Source of the DNA: Candidatus Nanohaloarchaea archaeon
Lineage (GTDB): Archaea > Nanohalarchaeota > Nanosalinia > Nanosalinales > Nanosalinaceae
Assembly: GCA_041640075.1 (NCBI GenBank)
Contig: JBEQAY010000010.1
Span: 1-29,383, forward strand
DNA: 29,383 bases
Direction: 5' to 3'
A program made the translations under genes and the position numbers. Within the stretch, counting starts at the first letter, position 1. Each line of letters opens with the position of its first letter. Positions 27,992 through 29,383 of the stretch are shown one piece after another. A model generated the notes under the pieces. That model made no database searches. It was not told the DNA's origin and saw only the letters and a program-made list of their open reading frames with translations.

Positions 27992-28741
27992 TCAGTTATA
28001 TCTGTGAACTAGCTCTGCGTTCCGGGTTGTTTCCTGCACCACTTTTTCCCTGGAAACTCCTTTTATGTCCGAGACCTTCTCTGCGGATTCAAGAACATTT
28101 ACAGGTTTATTCCGTTCACCGCGGTAAAGATAAGGAGAATCTGTCTCAAGCAACATATCTTCAACACTGATTTCTTCAACTATACTCTGTACTCTGCTGG
28201 AGTAAAGCACCTGTGTAGTTACACCTATTTTCATCCCGTGCTCTTCAACTGCTTTTTCCGCCAGTTCCGGAGAACCGTTGAAACAGTGAAGCATAACCTC
28301 AGGAAGTTCATATTCGCTGATTATATCAACTGCTTCACCTTCAGCTTCACGTGAGTGAACCACGACAGGCTTTCCTAGTTCCTCCGCTAACTTCAGGAAC
28401 TCTCTGAAAACTTTCTCCTGTTGCTTCCTTTCTTCTTCGTCTGTGACGTGATGGTGATCCAGTCCTATCTCACCGATAGCTGCAGGATCTTCATCACGTA
28501 TCTGTTCCTTGATCTCCTCTACTTCTTCAAAAGAGTCTGTATAGGTCGGGTGAAGCCCAAGATTCGCTGCCACAAAATCAGGGTGTTCTCTCTGTAGCTC
28601 CAGTACTTCAGTATTGTTTTCTCTGTTCACTCCCGGCACTGCCACGAACTCAAGTTTCTCTTTTGATCTCTTGATTAACTCTTCTCTGTCTCCGTTGTAC
28701 TGCTCAAAGTTAAGGTGACAGTGAGCGTCTACAGGCTTCAT
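27992..28741 (-). CDS. tatD: TatD family hydrolase/DNase
   Basis: DAHCH, GLHP, IGEIGLD, VVHSR, LHCF, ETDSP. Confidence 0.93.
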   Translation of the reverse strand: MKPVDAHCHLNFEQYNGDREELIKRSKEKLEFVAVPGVNRENNTEVLELQREHPDFVAANLGLHPTYTDSFEEVEEIKEQIRDEDPAAIGEIGLDHHHVTDEEERKQQEKVFREFLKLAEELGKPVVVHSREAEGEAVDIISEYELPEVMLHCFNGSPELAEKAVEEHGMKIGVTTQVLYSSRVQSIVEEISVEDMLLETDSPYLYRGERNKPVNVLESAEKVSDIKGVSREKVVQETTRNAELVHRYN

Positions 28742-28849
28742 AATTGGCTTTTAGGGTCTGTAGATTTATAACTGGTGAAAAGGTTGAGGTCTTTCACAAT
28801 CTTTCTTTTATGAGTTAAACACAATGTACGTCACAGGGGGATTTGCAGA

Positions 28850-29002
28850 ATGCCTGCGCTTGTAAAGCAGGTGGGATTCTGCTTGGTATGTGGCAACAGT
28901 ATCCACTCAGATGACAGGTTTGAGAAATCTGAGAGGGGTGCCTGCCACGATGAATGCCTGGAAAACGGCTCAGAGCAGGAGAACACCGTAGACTTCATTT
29001 AA
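28850..29002 (+). CDS. Small zinc-finger protein (50 aa), absent from the ORF track
   Basis: Manual translation gives MPALVKQVGFCLVCGNSIHSDDRFEKSERGACHDECLENGSEQENTVDFI*. It has C-x2-C-x18-H-x2-C, an AGGGGGA RBS upstream and an acidic tail. Confidence 0.75.
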   Translation: MPALVKQVGFCLVCGNSIHSDDRFEKSERGACHDECLENGSEQENTVDFI

Positions 29003-29018
29003 TGCATATCTTTCCTTT

Positions 29019-29383
29019 TTATTCTCTCTGCTCTTTCTCAAGTCTTGAACCTGTGGCGCCTGACTGCCCCATGTACTTTGAATCCTTCTTGTCTCCATAA
29101 GGGCTTTCTGCTTCCGAAGTCATGGTCTCAAAGACTACCTGACAGATCCTGTCTTCTGGGTAGATAGTGATTGGAACGTTTCCAAGGTTCTGGATCTCCA
29201 GAGTTATCTGCCCCTCGAAGCCAGGATCAACGAACCCTGCGGCGGCGTGCGGAATAAGGCCGAGACGGGCATAGCTTGAGCGGCCTTCAATCCGGGCGAC
29301 CAGGTTTGAAGGCACGTCGAGAGTCTCCAGAGTGGTTCCCAGAACGAACTCTCCTGGATGAACAACCATTCCTTCTTCAGTGT
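29019..29383 (-). CDS. dcd: dCTP deaminase, C-terminal part (starts outside window)
   Basis: PGEFVLGTTLE, ARIEGRSSYARLGL, AGFVDPGFEGQITLEI, SKYMGQ. Confidence 0.93.
   Translation of the reverse strand, partial: TEEGMVVHPGEFVLGTTLETLDVPSNLVARIEGRSSYARLGLIPHAAAGFVDPGFEGQITLEIQNLGNVPITIYPEDRICQVVFETMTSEAESPYGDKKDSKYMGQSGATGSRLEKEQRE

Noticed and set aside
28742..29018. tRNA or ncRNA in the largest apparent gap
   Set aside because: No cloverleaf or T-loop motif was found. The gap is explained by the 50-aa zinc-finger ORF and divergent promoters.

Overview
Gene-dense archaeal window with a strongly acidic (Asp/Glu-rich) proteome, short intergenic spaces and GGTGA-type ribosome-binding sites. This is most consistent with a halophilic DPANN archaeon (Nanohaloarchaeota-like; inference). 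Housekeeping genes are a partial RNase J, gatD/gatE, a thermosome subunit, RFC small and large subunits, an AK6-type adenylate kinase, thioredoxin, MscS, an Lhr helicase, NYN and TatD nucleases and a partial dCTP deaminase. The centrepiece is a ~9.3 kb type IV pilus-like locus (6016-15363). It holds a coiled-coil lead gene, seven proteins with class III (prepilin) signal peptides, a VirB11/PilB-type ATPase and two TadC/T2SSF membrane platforms. One pilin has its signal peptide upstream of the called ATG with no canonical in-frame start, and two large pilins share a beta-module with a DxDxDG motif. Also present are a BatA/vWA membrane protein pair with no MoxR in the window, a DFG-repeat low-complexity protein, and a 50-aa CxxC...HxxC zinc-finger ORF missing from the ORF track. 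No CRISPR array, rRNA, tRNA or transposase was seen.
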